Source: an uncultured Melioribacteraceae bacterium (GTDB lineage: Bacteria; Bacteroidota; Ignavibacteria; Ignavibacteriales; Melioribacteraceae). From it: a DNA stretch of 64,000 bases. This document shows positions 9,343-18,058 of this stretch, piece after piece. The position numbers and the translations under genes were made by a program. Position 1 is the stretch's first letter; each line of letters opens with the position of its first letter. The stretch lies in the NCBI GenBank assembly GCA_964621225.1, contig CAZULK010000001.1:3888-67887 (forward strand). Reading direction: 5' to 3'. The notes under the pieces are model-generated. The model searched no databases, was not told the origin of the DNA, and worked only from the letters and a program-made list of their open reading frames with translations.

Positions 9343-9960
9343 ATGTTTATAACATTCGAAGGATTGGATTTCTGCGGGAAATCTACACAAGTTGAGTTAT
9401 TAAAAGATTATTTGGAATCTCTCGGTAAGAGAGTGATGATTTTAAGGGAACCCGGTGGGACATCAATTTCGGAAAAGGTTCGTGAGATACTGTTGGATAA
9501 AGAGAATTCCGAAATGGTGATGGAAACCGAATTGCTTCTTTTTTCTGCCAGCCGTGCTCAATTAGTAAGGGAAGTTATCATTCCCGAACTGAAGAAGGGA
9601 ACATATGTTATTTCCGATAGATTTCATGATTCGACAATTGCTTACCAAGGTTATGGAAGAGGATTGGAAATAAGCTTTATTACTCATCTGCAAAATTTTG
9701 TAATTGACGGTGCCAAACCTGATATCACATTCTATATTGATATGGAACTGAAAGAACTTGAGCAGAGAAAGAAGAGAATCAAATCACTCAATTTAGATAG
9801 AATTGAAAGCTCTAAAGACGATTTTTATTCCAAGGTAAGGGAAGGTTATTTACATCTTTGCGAAACTGAAGAACGGTTTGTGATGTTGAATGGGATGGAC
9901 TCTATTGAAGAGATCCATTCAAAAATAATTAATGTTTTAAGTGAAAAAGGAAACTTATGA
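9343..9960 (+). CDS. tmk: Thymidylate kinase
   Basis: FITFEGLDFCGKSTQ P-loop, DRF..ST.AYQG motif, 205 aa. Confidence 0.95.
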   Translation: MFITFEGLDFCGKSTQVELLKDYLESLGKRVMILREPGGTSISEKVREILLDKENSEMVMETELLLFSASRAQLVREVIIPELKKGTYVISDRFHDSTIAYQGYGRGLEISFITHLQNFVIDGAKPDITFYIDMELKELEQRKKRIKSLNLDRIESSKDDFYSKVREGYLHLCETEERFVMLNGMDSIEEIHSKIINVLSEKGNL

Positions 9961-11603
9961 GGAATAAAACAGTAAAGTTTGGTTTAATTGCAATAATAAT
10001 AACTGCTTTAGGATTTACGTCAGATAGTGATATTTACTTCAGAATAAATAAAAGTCTGGATACTTTCGGACGAGTTTACCGCGAAATCACTTTGAACTAT
10101 GTTGATGAAATCAACCCCGAAGAATTTATAGTGGAAGGTATAAACGGGATGCTCAATTCCCTCGATCCGTACACTGTTTATATTGATGAAACTGGTAAGA
10201 AGGATATTGATATAATCACCAACGGTAAATACGGTGGTATTGGTGCTACAGTCGGAGTTCGTAATGGGAATGTAACCATCATCGATTTGCTGGAAGGATA
10301 TTCAGCTAAAACAGAGGGATTAAGAATTGGTGATATTATTAAACAAATTGATAGCGTGCAGATAGGTGCGGATAATTATAATGATATTGGTAAATTTCTC
10401 AAAAAAGAACCCGGGACAAAAATCGACATTACTATTGAAAGACCGGGTATGGATGAACTCTTAAACTTTGAACTTACTGCCCAGGAAATTCAGCTGAGTA
10501 ATATTAAATATTACGGCTTCTATCCGGAGAACAGTTCGAATGCGTATATCAAATTGACTAGTTTTTCCAGATCTGCAGGGGAAGAAATAAAAGATGTTAT
10601 AATGAAACTTAGCGGAAAAAGGGAAATCAATTCCATAGTATTGGACTTGAGAAATAATCCCGGTGGATTACTTGATGCGGCAATTGATGTATGTGAAAAA
10701 TTTCTTAATGCTAAAAGTCTTATTGTTTCCGTAAAAGGAAGAGATGACTTAAATCCAAGAAATTATTTTGCGCATGAAGACCCGGTAGCAAAAAATAAAA
10801 AACTGGTTGTCTTGATAAACGAAAACTCGGCTTCTGCAAGTGAAATAGTTGCCGGAGCGATACAAGATCACGACCGGGGAGTTATTTTGGGCCAAAAATC
10901 TTTTGGTAAAGGATTGGTTCAAACAATTGTGCCTTTGGGTTTGAACCGGTCACTAAAGCTGACAACCGCGAGATATTATACACCAAGTGGAAGATGCATA
11001 CAAAAAATTGATTATGCAGAAAACTCAAACTTATTTGAGAATCACACTACAATTGAAAAAGGGGAATTTAAAACAGATAACAATCGTACCGTTCTTCCGG
11101 GCGGTGGAATAATTCCGGATACAACTGTCTCTCAAAACTTAGGATCAAAATACATTGAGGAACTGATAACCAGAGGGGTATTGTTTAATTTTGCCACACT
11201 TTATTTTAATAAACATAACCCAAATGCCTTGAGCGAAATCGATATTGACGCAATGTTCGAAGAATTCAAACAATTTGTTAAAAGTTCAGAAAATGAATTG
11301 TCGACCGAAAGTGATGAAGAGTTAGAATCCTTAAAGAAAAGCTTGATGGAGGAATTCACTTCAATTGAAGCTACTAGCCATTTGAATGAAATTTCCAGGC
11401 TATTAACGGAAGCAAAAGAAAAAGAAATGGTTCAATCCAAAAATGTTTTGGTGGATAAATTGCTTGAAGAATTCGCAGCCAGAATTTCAGGCAGGCAAGG
11501 TAGAATTAAAGAAAGTCTCAAGAACGACATACAACTTAAAGTAGCTTTGGATATTGTAAACAACGATTCATTATATTTCAATTTACTCAATTTGAACAAT
11601 TAA
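9957..11603 (+). CDS. ctp: Carboxy-terminal processing (S41, tail-specific) protease with PDZ domain
   Basis: DLRNNPGGLL, NENSASASEIVAGAIQD and KSFGKGLVQ catalytic Ser/Lys motifs. N-terminal TM anchor, PDZ-like segment GLRIGDIIKQID. Confidence 0.9.
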   Translation: MRNKTVKFGLIAIIITALGFTSDSDIYFRINKSLDTFGRVYREITLNYVDEINPEEFIVEGINGMLNSLDPYTVYIDETGKKDIDIITNGKYGGIGATVGVRNGNVTIIDLLEGYSAKTEGLRIGDIIKQIDSVQIGADNYNDIGKFLKKEPGTKIDITIERPGMDELLNFELTAQEIQLSNIKYYGFYPENSSNAYIKLTSFSRSAGEEIKDVIMKLSGKREINSIVLDLRNNPGGLLDAAIDVCEKFLNAKSLIVSVKGRDDLNPRNYFAHEDPVAKNKKLVVLINENSASASEIVAGAIQDHDRGVILGQKSFGKGLVQTIVPLGLNRSLKLTTARYYTPSGRCIQKIDYAENSNLFENHTTIEKGEFKTDNNRTVLPGGGIIPDTTVSQNLGSKYIEELITRGVLFNFATLYFNKHNPNALSEIDIDAMFEEFKQFVKSSENELSTESDEELESLKKSLMEEFTSIEATSHLNEISRLLTEAKEKEMVQSKNVLVDKLLEEFAARISGRQGRIKESLKNDIQLKVALDIVNNDSLYFNLLNLNN

Positions 11604-11614
11604 CGGGGAGTTAG

Positions 11615-11899
11615 ATGAATACTAAAATTCTTGTAGACAAAAATCCTCTATTCGATAAATGTCCGGATTGTAATGAACTCGGTTCGCTTCATCGTTCCAG
11701 GGCAAGAAATACAATGGAAAGGATAATCAAAGGGGCAACGTTTTTTAAACTTTACAGATGTAAGAAATGCGGTTGGAGAGGTTACAGAAGTACATTAACA
11801 ATCACTTGGAGTTCGATTAAATTATTAAGTTTGTATATATTTTTAGCTGCAGTGGTAGGCTATATAGTGCTCTTTGTAATCAAAAGATTCCTAAATTAA
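11615..11899 (+). CDS. Small zinc-ribbon protein with C-terminal transmembrane helix, function unknown
   Basis: CPDC...x28...CKKC four-Cys ribbon, then LLSLYIFLAAVVGYIVLFVI helix, 94 aa. Confidence 0.55.
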   Translation: MNTKILVDKNPLFDKCPDCNELGSLHRSRARNTMERIIKGATFFKLYRCKKCGWRGYRSTLTITWSSIKLLSLYIFLAAVVGYIVLFVIKRFLN

Positions 11900-13629
11900 C
11901 TATTTGCTAATCTGGCAAATAATTCATCTTTGGATTCATAATCATCAAGATAAAAGATTTTAACATTGGTGCGGTTTTTAACCAACCAATTGAGGGAAAT
12001 TTTTAACCTTTCTAAATCCTTTTGTGTAAGCTCTCTGAAGATATTGATCGTTCCGTTATAATAATCTTCCAAGGCTCCTTCGAACAAACCGGGTTCGTCA
12101 CGGAAAAAGTTTTTAATGTACATCCTTCCTTCAATCAAAAGTATAAATTCATTTTCATAGGATGAATTTATTTCAATCAGAATTCTGGCTTTATTAATTG
12201 GACCGTTTATGATAGTTGCTTTATTGAATTGTTCCAGCAGTAAATTTACTGTGTCTCTTATTTCTGCCGCTTCTTCGTACCTTTTTTCCTCAGCCAATTT
12301 TTTCATTTTAACCAGCAATCGATCAATTGCAACTTGATTTGATCCGCTGAGAAATTGATACATTTTTTCCAATTCATTTTTGTATTCACCGTTTACGCTA
12401 TTTATACAAGGCGCGGTGCATCTTTTAATATCCAGTAAATAACATTTTTGATTTTTGGCAAATTCTTTGTCTGTGCATTCCCTCAAGAGGAAAGTCTTAT
12501 CAATAATTTCCAATAATTTATTTGAAGAATCCCTGTTGTTGAAAGGACCAAAATAATCATTACCGTCGAAATCAAATTTGGTCGTAATTTGAGGTCTTGG
12601 GAATTGAATACTTTTGTCTACCTTAATGAAATAAGATCTCGGATAGTTCTTCAATTGAACATTCATCGGAGGATCGATTTCTTTTATCAGTTCCGTCTCC
12701 GCAATCAATGCAGTAAGTTCCGAGCCGGTAACTTCGAAATTTAATTTGCTGGCTCGCCTCACAATTTTTTTTGATTTGGCGCCCGCATGATTATAGAAGT
12801 AATTTTTCACCCTTTCTTTTAAGGATTTCGCTTTGCCTATATAAAGGATTTCATCTTTTCGATTCTTAAAGAAATAAACGCCTGGTTGTTTAGGCAGGGA
12901 ATTAAATCCCTCCGCCAACGTTTTTTTCATTGCTATGAATGAAGACGTTTTGGGAACACCTTGAAAATTGACAACTTCTTCTATGGATTCTATTCCGTGG
13001 TCCTCTTTCAACATTTTAAGGAAACGTATTAAAATTTTTGCTGTCACCGTAGCATCGCCAAGGGCGCGGTGAACATTTTTATGATTTAGTCTCAAATGCG
13101 AAGCAACCTTCCCAAGGGCTTTACTCGGTAAATGTGGGAGCAGTTTACGCGCCAACTTAAGTGTGCAAATCTTTTGATTTTCAGGTTTTTTTAATCCTGC
13201 CCGCTCAAATTCGCTGTATAAGAATTTTTCGTCAAACCCAATGTTATGAGCAACGATAATAGAATCTCCGATGAATTCGGAAATATCACCGGCAATCTCT
13301 TCGAATTTAGGTGCGTTATAAACATCGTCGTTAGTTATTCCGGTAAGCTGTGTTATATAATATGGAATGAACATTTCGGGATTTATCAACGAGCTGTAAT
13401 TTTCTACAATCTTGAATCCTTTTACCTTGACCAATCCAATTTCAATAGCTCTTCCGTTTTTAGCAGAAGTGCCGGTGGTTTCAAAATCCAGCACGCAGAA
13501 TTCCGCTTCTTCAAGCTTTATATTTTTGATTTCTTTTTCCAATACACAAAAAGTTAAAATTGAAGAGATAAACTTATACTTTAGTGCAGATAAATGAAAG
13601 AAAAGCATATTATTTGTTTCTATTTTCAA
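11896..13629 (-). CDS. DEDDh 3'-5' exonuclease (DnaQ/epsilon-like) fused to GIY-YIG nuclease and UVR domain (Cho/UvrC-N-like)
   Basis: Exo I VLDFETTG, Exo II VAHNIGFDEKFL, Exo III HRALGDA. Then GVYFFKNRKDEILYIGKAKSLKERV (GIY-YIG) and EEKRYEEAAEIRD (UVR motif). Exact start uncertain (M1 or M8). Confidence 0.85.
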   Translation of the reverse strand: MKIETNNMLFFHLSALKYKFISSILTFCVLEKEIKNIKLEEAEFCVLDFETTGTSAKNGRAIEIGLVKVKGFKIVENYSSLINPEMFIPYYITQLTGITNDDVYNAPKFEEIAGDISEFIGDSIIVAHNIGFDEKFLYSEFERAGLKKPENQKICTLKLARKLLPHLPSKALGKVASHLRLNHKNVHRALGDATVTAKILIRFLKMLKEDHGIESIEEVVNFQGVPKTSSFIAMKKTLAEGFNSLPKQPGVYFFKNRKDEILYIGKAKSLKERVKNYFYNHAGAKSKKIVRRASKLNFEVTGSELTALIAETELIKEIDPPMNVQLKNYPRSYFIKVDKSIQFPRPQITTKFDFDGNDYFGPFNNRDSSNKLLEIIDKTFLLRECTDKEFAKNQKCYLLDIKRCTAPCINSVNGEYKNELEKMYQFLSGSNQVAIDRLLVKMKKLAEEKRYEEAAEIRDTVNLLLEQFNKATIINGPINKARILIEINSSYENEFILLIEGRMYIKNFFRDEPGLFEGALEDYYNGTINIFRELTQKDLERLKISLNWLVKNRTNVKIFYLDDYESKDELFARLANS

Positions 13630-13699
13630 TAAATCGTAATTATAATTTGATTAGCAGCTAGCTTTTTTGCATCTTTTAATTTGATATTTTTGAGGATAT

Positions 13700-14506
13700 A
13701 TGGAAATAAATATTTTATTTATTGGTGATATTGTCGGAAAGCCCGGATTGGAAATGGTTGAGACCTGGCTTCCGAGTTTGCAAAAAAAATACCGTGCAGA
13801 TATAACAATAGTTAACGGTGAAAATTCTTCTGAGGGTAAAGGATGTACTGAAACGGAAGGAAAGAGATTATTCGATCTTGGCGTTGATGTGATTACCGGT
13901 GGAAATCATACTTGGGATAAACATCAAGCGCAGGAGTATTTAAGAGCAGAACCAAGAGTTTTGAGACCGCAAAATTACCCAAAAGGAACTTATGGAAAGG
14001 GATACTATATTTGTGATACGAATAAAGGGAAAGTAGCCGTTCTTAATTTGCAAGGGCGTTCCTTTATGCCAATGATTGATTGCCCCTTCAGAACGGCAGA
14101 ATGGGTTCTAAAGAAAATTCGTGAAGAAACAAAAGTTATTTTCATCGATTTTCATGCCGAAGCTACGGCGGAAAAATTGGCAATGGTAAATTTTTTAGAC
14201 GGAAAAATCAGTGTGTTGGTGGGTACTCACACCCACATACAAACATCGGATGAAAGAATATTTAAGAAAGGTACTGGCTATATTACGGATGTTGGAATGA
14301 CGGGTCCGTACGATTCAATAATAGGAATGAAAACAGAAGCCGCGTTGAATAGATTTTTATATCAAACCCCGCAAAAATACCAGGCTGCAACGGGTCAAGT
14401 ACATCTTTGCGGAATTTATGCGAAGGTCGATTCAGAAACCGGCAAAACTCTTGAAATAGAAAGAATATTATTGCCCGAATTTGAGAGGAAAGCAGTTAAT
14501 GGATAA
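13700..14506 (+). CDS. ymdB: YmdB-family metallophosphoesterase (2',3'-cyclic-nucleotide phosphodiesterase, TIGR00282-like)
   Basis: ILFIGDIVGKPG, VNGENSSEGKG, ITGGNHTWDK, GTHTH motifs, 268 aa. Confidence 0.9.
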   Translation: MEINILFIGDIVGKPGLEMVETWLPSLQKKYRADITIVNGENSSEGKGCTETEGKRLFDLGVDVITGGNHTWDKHQAQEYLRAEPRVLRPQNYPKGTYGKGYYICDTNKGKVAVLNLQGRSFMPMIDCPFRTAEWVLKKIREETKVIFIDFHAEATAEKLAMVNFLDGKISVLVGTHTHIQTSDERIFKKGTGYITDVGMTGPYDSIIGMKTEAALNRFLYQTPQKYQAATGQVHLCGIYAKVDSETGKTLEIERILLPEFERKAVNG

Positions 14507-15482
14507 AATTCGTCTTCCAAGATTGGATAAAGACGAAGAGCTTTGCGGTTTACTTTCAAAATACTGCCGGCTCAAAAAAGGAGAAAGCTGGTATGATGAG
14601 AATTACGGGCACAAAGTCGGGTGCTTAGATATAGCTGATTCAAATCAGGTATTAGATTTCTTCGAAGGGGAAAAGGCTACTCTTGCAATACACGATCCAC
14701 CGTATAATTTAGTCGCTTTTCAGGAAAGGGATATTTCTTCATTTATCGAGTGGGTAAAAGATTGGGTCGAATTAACCAACGAATTACTGACCGAGAACGC
14801 ATCACTTTATCTGTGGCTTGGAGCGGATCAGAATGACGGCTTTTCTCCTTTGCCGGAGATTATGTTGATGATGCGGGAGACTCCTTTCAAAGCAAGAAGT
14901 TTCATTACCATGAGAAACCAGAGGGGATACGGTACCATTAAAAATTGGATGGCAATAAGGCAAGAATTACTCTATTATATTAAAGGTAATCCCGCTTTTA
15001 ATTCCGAAGAAGTTTATACCGATATTCCTAAAGTTGTAAGAGGATATTATAAAGAGGTTAACGGAAGAGTTACCGAAAATCTTGAAAGAAGCCGTTCAAA
15101 ATTTATTAGAGCAGGTAATGTTTGGATAGATATTCAACAAGTATTCCACTTAATGGAAGAAAATGTTTCCGGGTGTTTTGCCCAAAAGCCCCTAAAAGCT
15201 ATTGAGAGAATAATTTCCGTATCTTCCGCTAAAGATGATTTGGTAATTGATTTTTTTGCCCATTCTGGTACAACCCTATTAGCTGCGGAAAAACTACACA
15301 GAAAGTGCTTTACTATTGATATCGATCCTATTTATTGTGAAATTTCGATCAGAAGATTAGAAAATTATAGAAAGAACGGAAAAACCGGTTGGCAGTTATC
15401 GAATCCGTTCGAAAATGAAGTATTAAAAGACGAAAAAATTAAAAAGCATTTGAGGAAGAAGTATAAACTTTCCTTCCTTTAA
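14499..15482 (+). CDS. Beta-class (motif IV before motif I) N6-adenine/N4-cytosine DNA methyltransferase, orphan
   Basis: Catalytic DPPYN (IHDPPYNL) near the N-terminus and SAM-binding FFAHSGTTLLAAEKL..FTIDID near the C-terminus. ATG 14499 is preferred over TTG 14481 because GAGGAA sits 9 nt upstream. Confidence 0.85.
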   Translation: MDKIRLPRLDKDEELCGLLSKYCRLKKGESWYDENYGHKVGCLDIADSNQVLDFFEGEKATLAIHDPPYNLVAFQERDISSFIEWVKDWVELTNELLTENASLYLWLGADQNDGFSPLPEIMLMMRETPFKARSFITMRNQRGYGTIKNWMAIRQELLYYIKGNPAFNSEEVYTDIPKVVRGYYKEVNGRVTENLERSRSKFIRAGNVWIDIQQVFHLMEENVSGCFAQKPLKAIERIISVSSAKDDLVIDFFAHSGTTLLAAEKLHRKCFTIDIDPIYCEISIRRLENYRKNGKTGWQLSNPFENEVLKDEKIKKHLRKKYKLSFL

Positions 15483-15492
15483 TTCCGGAGGA

Positions 15493-16374
15493 ATGATGGA
15501 ACTAATTGACGGCAAAAAAATTGCCGCCGAAATAAGAAGTGAATTGAATGCGGAAGTTACCCGATTGAAAGAAAAATTTGGGAGAGTTCCCGGATTAGCT
15601 GCTGTACTTGTTGGGGATAATCCGGCATCTCAAGTTTATGTAAGAATGAAACACAAAGCTTGCGAAGAAATCGGAATCTATTCCGAGGTAATAAATATGC
15701 CTAAGGAAACTTCGGAAGAAACTTTATTATCAAAAATTGATGAATTAAATCAAGACGAAAAAATAGATGGTATACTTGTTCAACTACCGTTGCCCGATCA
15801 AATTGATGAAGATAAAATAATTGAAGCAATCGCTCCGGAGAAAGACGTCGACGGATTTCATCCCGTAAGCGTAGGGAATTTGGTGATCGGGAAAGATACT
15901 TTTTTCCCATGTACACCTTACGGAATAATGGAATTGATAAAAAGATATAAAATAGAGACGCGCGGAAAACATGTTGTTGTGGTTGGAAGAAGTAATATTG
16001 TAGGTAAACCGATTGCAAATATGATGCTTCAAAAAAAGGAAGGGGCAAATGCAATTGTTACCGTTTGCCATTCAGCCGCTCCCGATCTAAAGCTTTTTAC
16101 AAAACAAGCGGATATATTGATTGCAGCAATCGGTAGGGCAAATTTCATAACTGCAGAACATGTTAAGGAAGGCGCGGTTGTAATTGACGTTGGAATTAAT
16201 CGTGTTGAAGATGAGAATTCAAAGAAAGGATATAAAATCGTTGGTGATGTAGACTTCGAAAATGTAGCACCGAAATCTTCTTTTATCACTCCGGTGCCCG
16301 GAGGAGTTGGACCAATGACTATTGCAATGTTAATGAAAAACACAGTGGAATCATTCATAAAAAAGATAGATTGA
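15493..16374 (+). CDS. folD: Bifunctional methylenetetrahydrofolate dehydrogenase / methenyl-THF cyclohydrolase
   Basis: [45 protein letters not shown] motifs, 293 aa. Confidence 0.96.
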   Translation: MMELIDGKKIAAEIRSELNAEVTRLKEKFGRVPGLAAVLVGDNPASQVYVRMKHKACEEIGIYSEVINMPKETSEETLLSKIDELNQDEKIDGILVQLPLPDQIDEDKIIEAIAPEKDVDGFHPVSVGNLVIGKDTFFPCTPYGIMELIKRYKIETRGKHVVVVGRSNIVGKPIANMMLQKKEGANAIVTVCHSAAPDLKLFTKQADILIAAIGRANFITAEHVKEGAVVIDVGINRVEDENSKKGYKIVGDVDFENVAPKSSFITPVPGGVGPMTIAMLMKNTVESFIKKID

Positions 16375-16375
16375 T

Positions 16376-17242
16376 ATGAAAAGCTCAACAATTGATAAAA
16401 TCGTACAACAGGTATTTACAGAAAAAGCACTACATGATTTTTATTGCGTAGGGGAAACTTGCGCCGGATGGGAGCGCAACGTTGTTGATCAACCGGAAGC
16501 GGTTAAGAAAATAATTCAAAACGGAGCGGAAAGAATTGCCGCGGGTATTGGCGTTGGGGATCAATTAAATGATATCTCATTGGCCAGAATGATAGATCAT
16601 ACTTTGTTAAAGCCCGAAGCTACCCCCGAAGATGTAATTAAACTTTGTAAAGAAGCAAAAGAATATAGTTTCGCTTCCGTTTGTGTGAACCCGGGCTACG
16701 TGCAACTCTGTGTTGAACAACTCAAAGGTACAAAAGTAAAAGTGTGCACGGTTATTGGATTTCCGCTGGGTGCAACAACTACGGAAACAAAAAGATTTGA
16801 GGCGGAACAAGCTTTGCAGCAGGGCGCCGAAGAGATAGACATGGTTATAAACGTCGGAAGATTGAAAGCCGGTGATTACGATTATGTTTTCCATGATATA
16901 AACCAGGTAGTGCTTGCAGCTAAAAAATATAATGCAGTTTGCAAAGTTATACTTGAAACTGCTCTATTAACAGACGAAGAAAAAGTTAAAGCTTGTTTAA
17001 TATGCAAAAAAGCAAAAGCCGATTTCGTTAAAACATCTACCGGATTCAGCAAAGGCGGAGCGACTGCGGGTGATATTGCTTTGATGAGATATGTTGTCGG
17101 CAGCGCGGTTGGTGTTAAAGCTTCCGGAGGTGTGAGAACTTTGGAAGATGCCAAGAAGATGATCGAAAGCGGTGCTTCCAGAATTGGTGCAAGCGCAAGC
17201 GTTAAAATTATGACCGGAGAAAAATCGGATTCCGGATATTAA
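16376..17242 (+). CDS. deoC: Deoxyribose-phosphate aldolase with ~65-aa N-terminal extension
   Basis: Canonical core starts at [17 protein letters not shown], then VCVNP, KVILE, Schiff-base [16 protein letters not shown]. Residues 1-65 have no counterpart in ~220-aa DeoC proteins. Confidence 0.9.
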   Translation: MKSSTIDKIVQQVFTEKALHDFYCVGETCAGWERNVVDQPEAVKKIIQNGAERIAAGIGVGDQLNDISLARMIDHTLLKPEATPEDVIKLCKEAKEYSFASVCVNPGYVQLCVEQLKGTKVKVCTVIGFPLGATTTETKRFEAEQALQQGAEEIDMVINVGRLKAGDYDYVFHDINQVVLAAKKYNAVCKVILETALLTDEEKVKACLICKKAKADFVKTSTGFSKGGATAGDIALMRYVVGSAVGVKASGGVRTLEDAKKMIESGASRIGASASVKIMTGEKSDSGY

Positions 17243-17466
17243 TGATACTCGATCTGATAACAACAAATACCGGCGACGGATTCAACTCCGAAATTCCTTC
17301 CGTTAAGGGATGCGAATCCTGGGCTCACGAGGAAGAAGAAGCAATCAACAATGCAGTTCAGATGCTCAGATTTTACCTCAATCTGCCCGAAGAAAATGAT
17401 ATAAAGGTAGACAAAGCCCGCAAAGGGAAAACCCGTTCAGTTTATAAATTAGTATTCGACAAATAA
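17242..17466 (+). CDS. Small HicB-like / UPF0150-fold protein (tentative)
   Basis: GFNSEIPSVKGCESWAHEEEEAINNAVQMLRFYL resembles the HicB N-terminal pattern (xPxxxGCxxxGxTxEEAxxNxxEA). 1-nt TAATG overlap with deoC. No HicA partner. Confidence 0.4.
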   Translation: MILDLITTNTGDGFNSEIPSVKGCESWAHEEEEAINNAVQMLRFYLNLPEENDIKVDKARKGKTRSVYKLVFDK

Positions 17467-17467
17467 G

Positions 17468-18058
17468 ATGCGCCAGTTTACAACCGAAAGAAGATTAAAG
17501 AAAATTGAAAATACAATTCGACAGCGTCAGCATTCGTTGCGCGTTGTTATGGAAAATATTCACGATCCTCACAACGTAAGTGCAATTTTTAGAACATGTG
17601 ATGCTGTCGGTGTACCCAAGGTTACTTTATTATATACAGTTGAAGAATTCCCCAAAATAAGCAGAACATCTTCCAGTTCGGCAAACAAATGGGTGGGACA
17701 TGAAAAGTTCGACGATACTGCTAAATGTTTTGAATCTCTGCGAAAAGAAGGGTTCAAAATATATGCAACATTATTGGACGAAACTGCTGAAAATATTTAT
17801 GATTTAGATTTAACGGAAAAAGTTGCAATCGTTGTTGGTAACGAGCACAGAGGTGTTTCTGAAGAAGCTGCAAAATTAGCGGATAAATTGGTTTATATTC
17901 CAATGAGAGGAATGATTCAGAGTTTGAATGTTTCCGTTGCAACCGCGGTTACTCTTTACGAAGCTCAACGTCAACGTGCGAATAAAGGGATGTATGAAAA
18001 GAGTGAATTGAAAGAAGACGAAATCCAGCAGATGATTGACGAGTGGTGCGAGAAATGA
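17468..18058 (+). CDS. trmH: SpoU/TrmH-family RNA 2'-O-methyltransferase (tRNA Gm18-type)
   Basis: HDPHNVSAIFRTCDAVG, VVGNEHRGVS, IPMRGMIQSLNVSVA SPOUT motifs, 196 aa. Confidence 0.85.
   Translation: MRQFTTERRLKKIENTIRQRQHSLRVVMENIHDPHNVSAIFRTCDAVGVPKVTLLYTVEEFPKISRTSSSSANKWVGHEKFDDTAKCFESLRKEGFKIYATLLDETAENIYDLDLTEKVAIVVGNEHRGVSEEAAKLADKLVYIPMRGMIQSLNVSVATAVTLYEAQRQRANKGMYEKSELKEDEIQQMIDEWCEK

Noticed and set aside
14499-15482. Restriction-modification system
   Set aside because: Only the methyltransferase is present. Both neighbours (ymdB, folD) are housekeeping genes with overlapping or 10-nt junctions, which leaves no space for an endonuclease. It is reported instead as an orphan MTase.
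15701-16391. Three antisense ORFs (117, 95, 120 aa) opposite folD
   Set aside because: FolD motifs are unambiguous on the + strand. The antisense ORFs lack an RBS and any domain signature.
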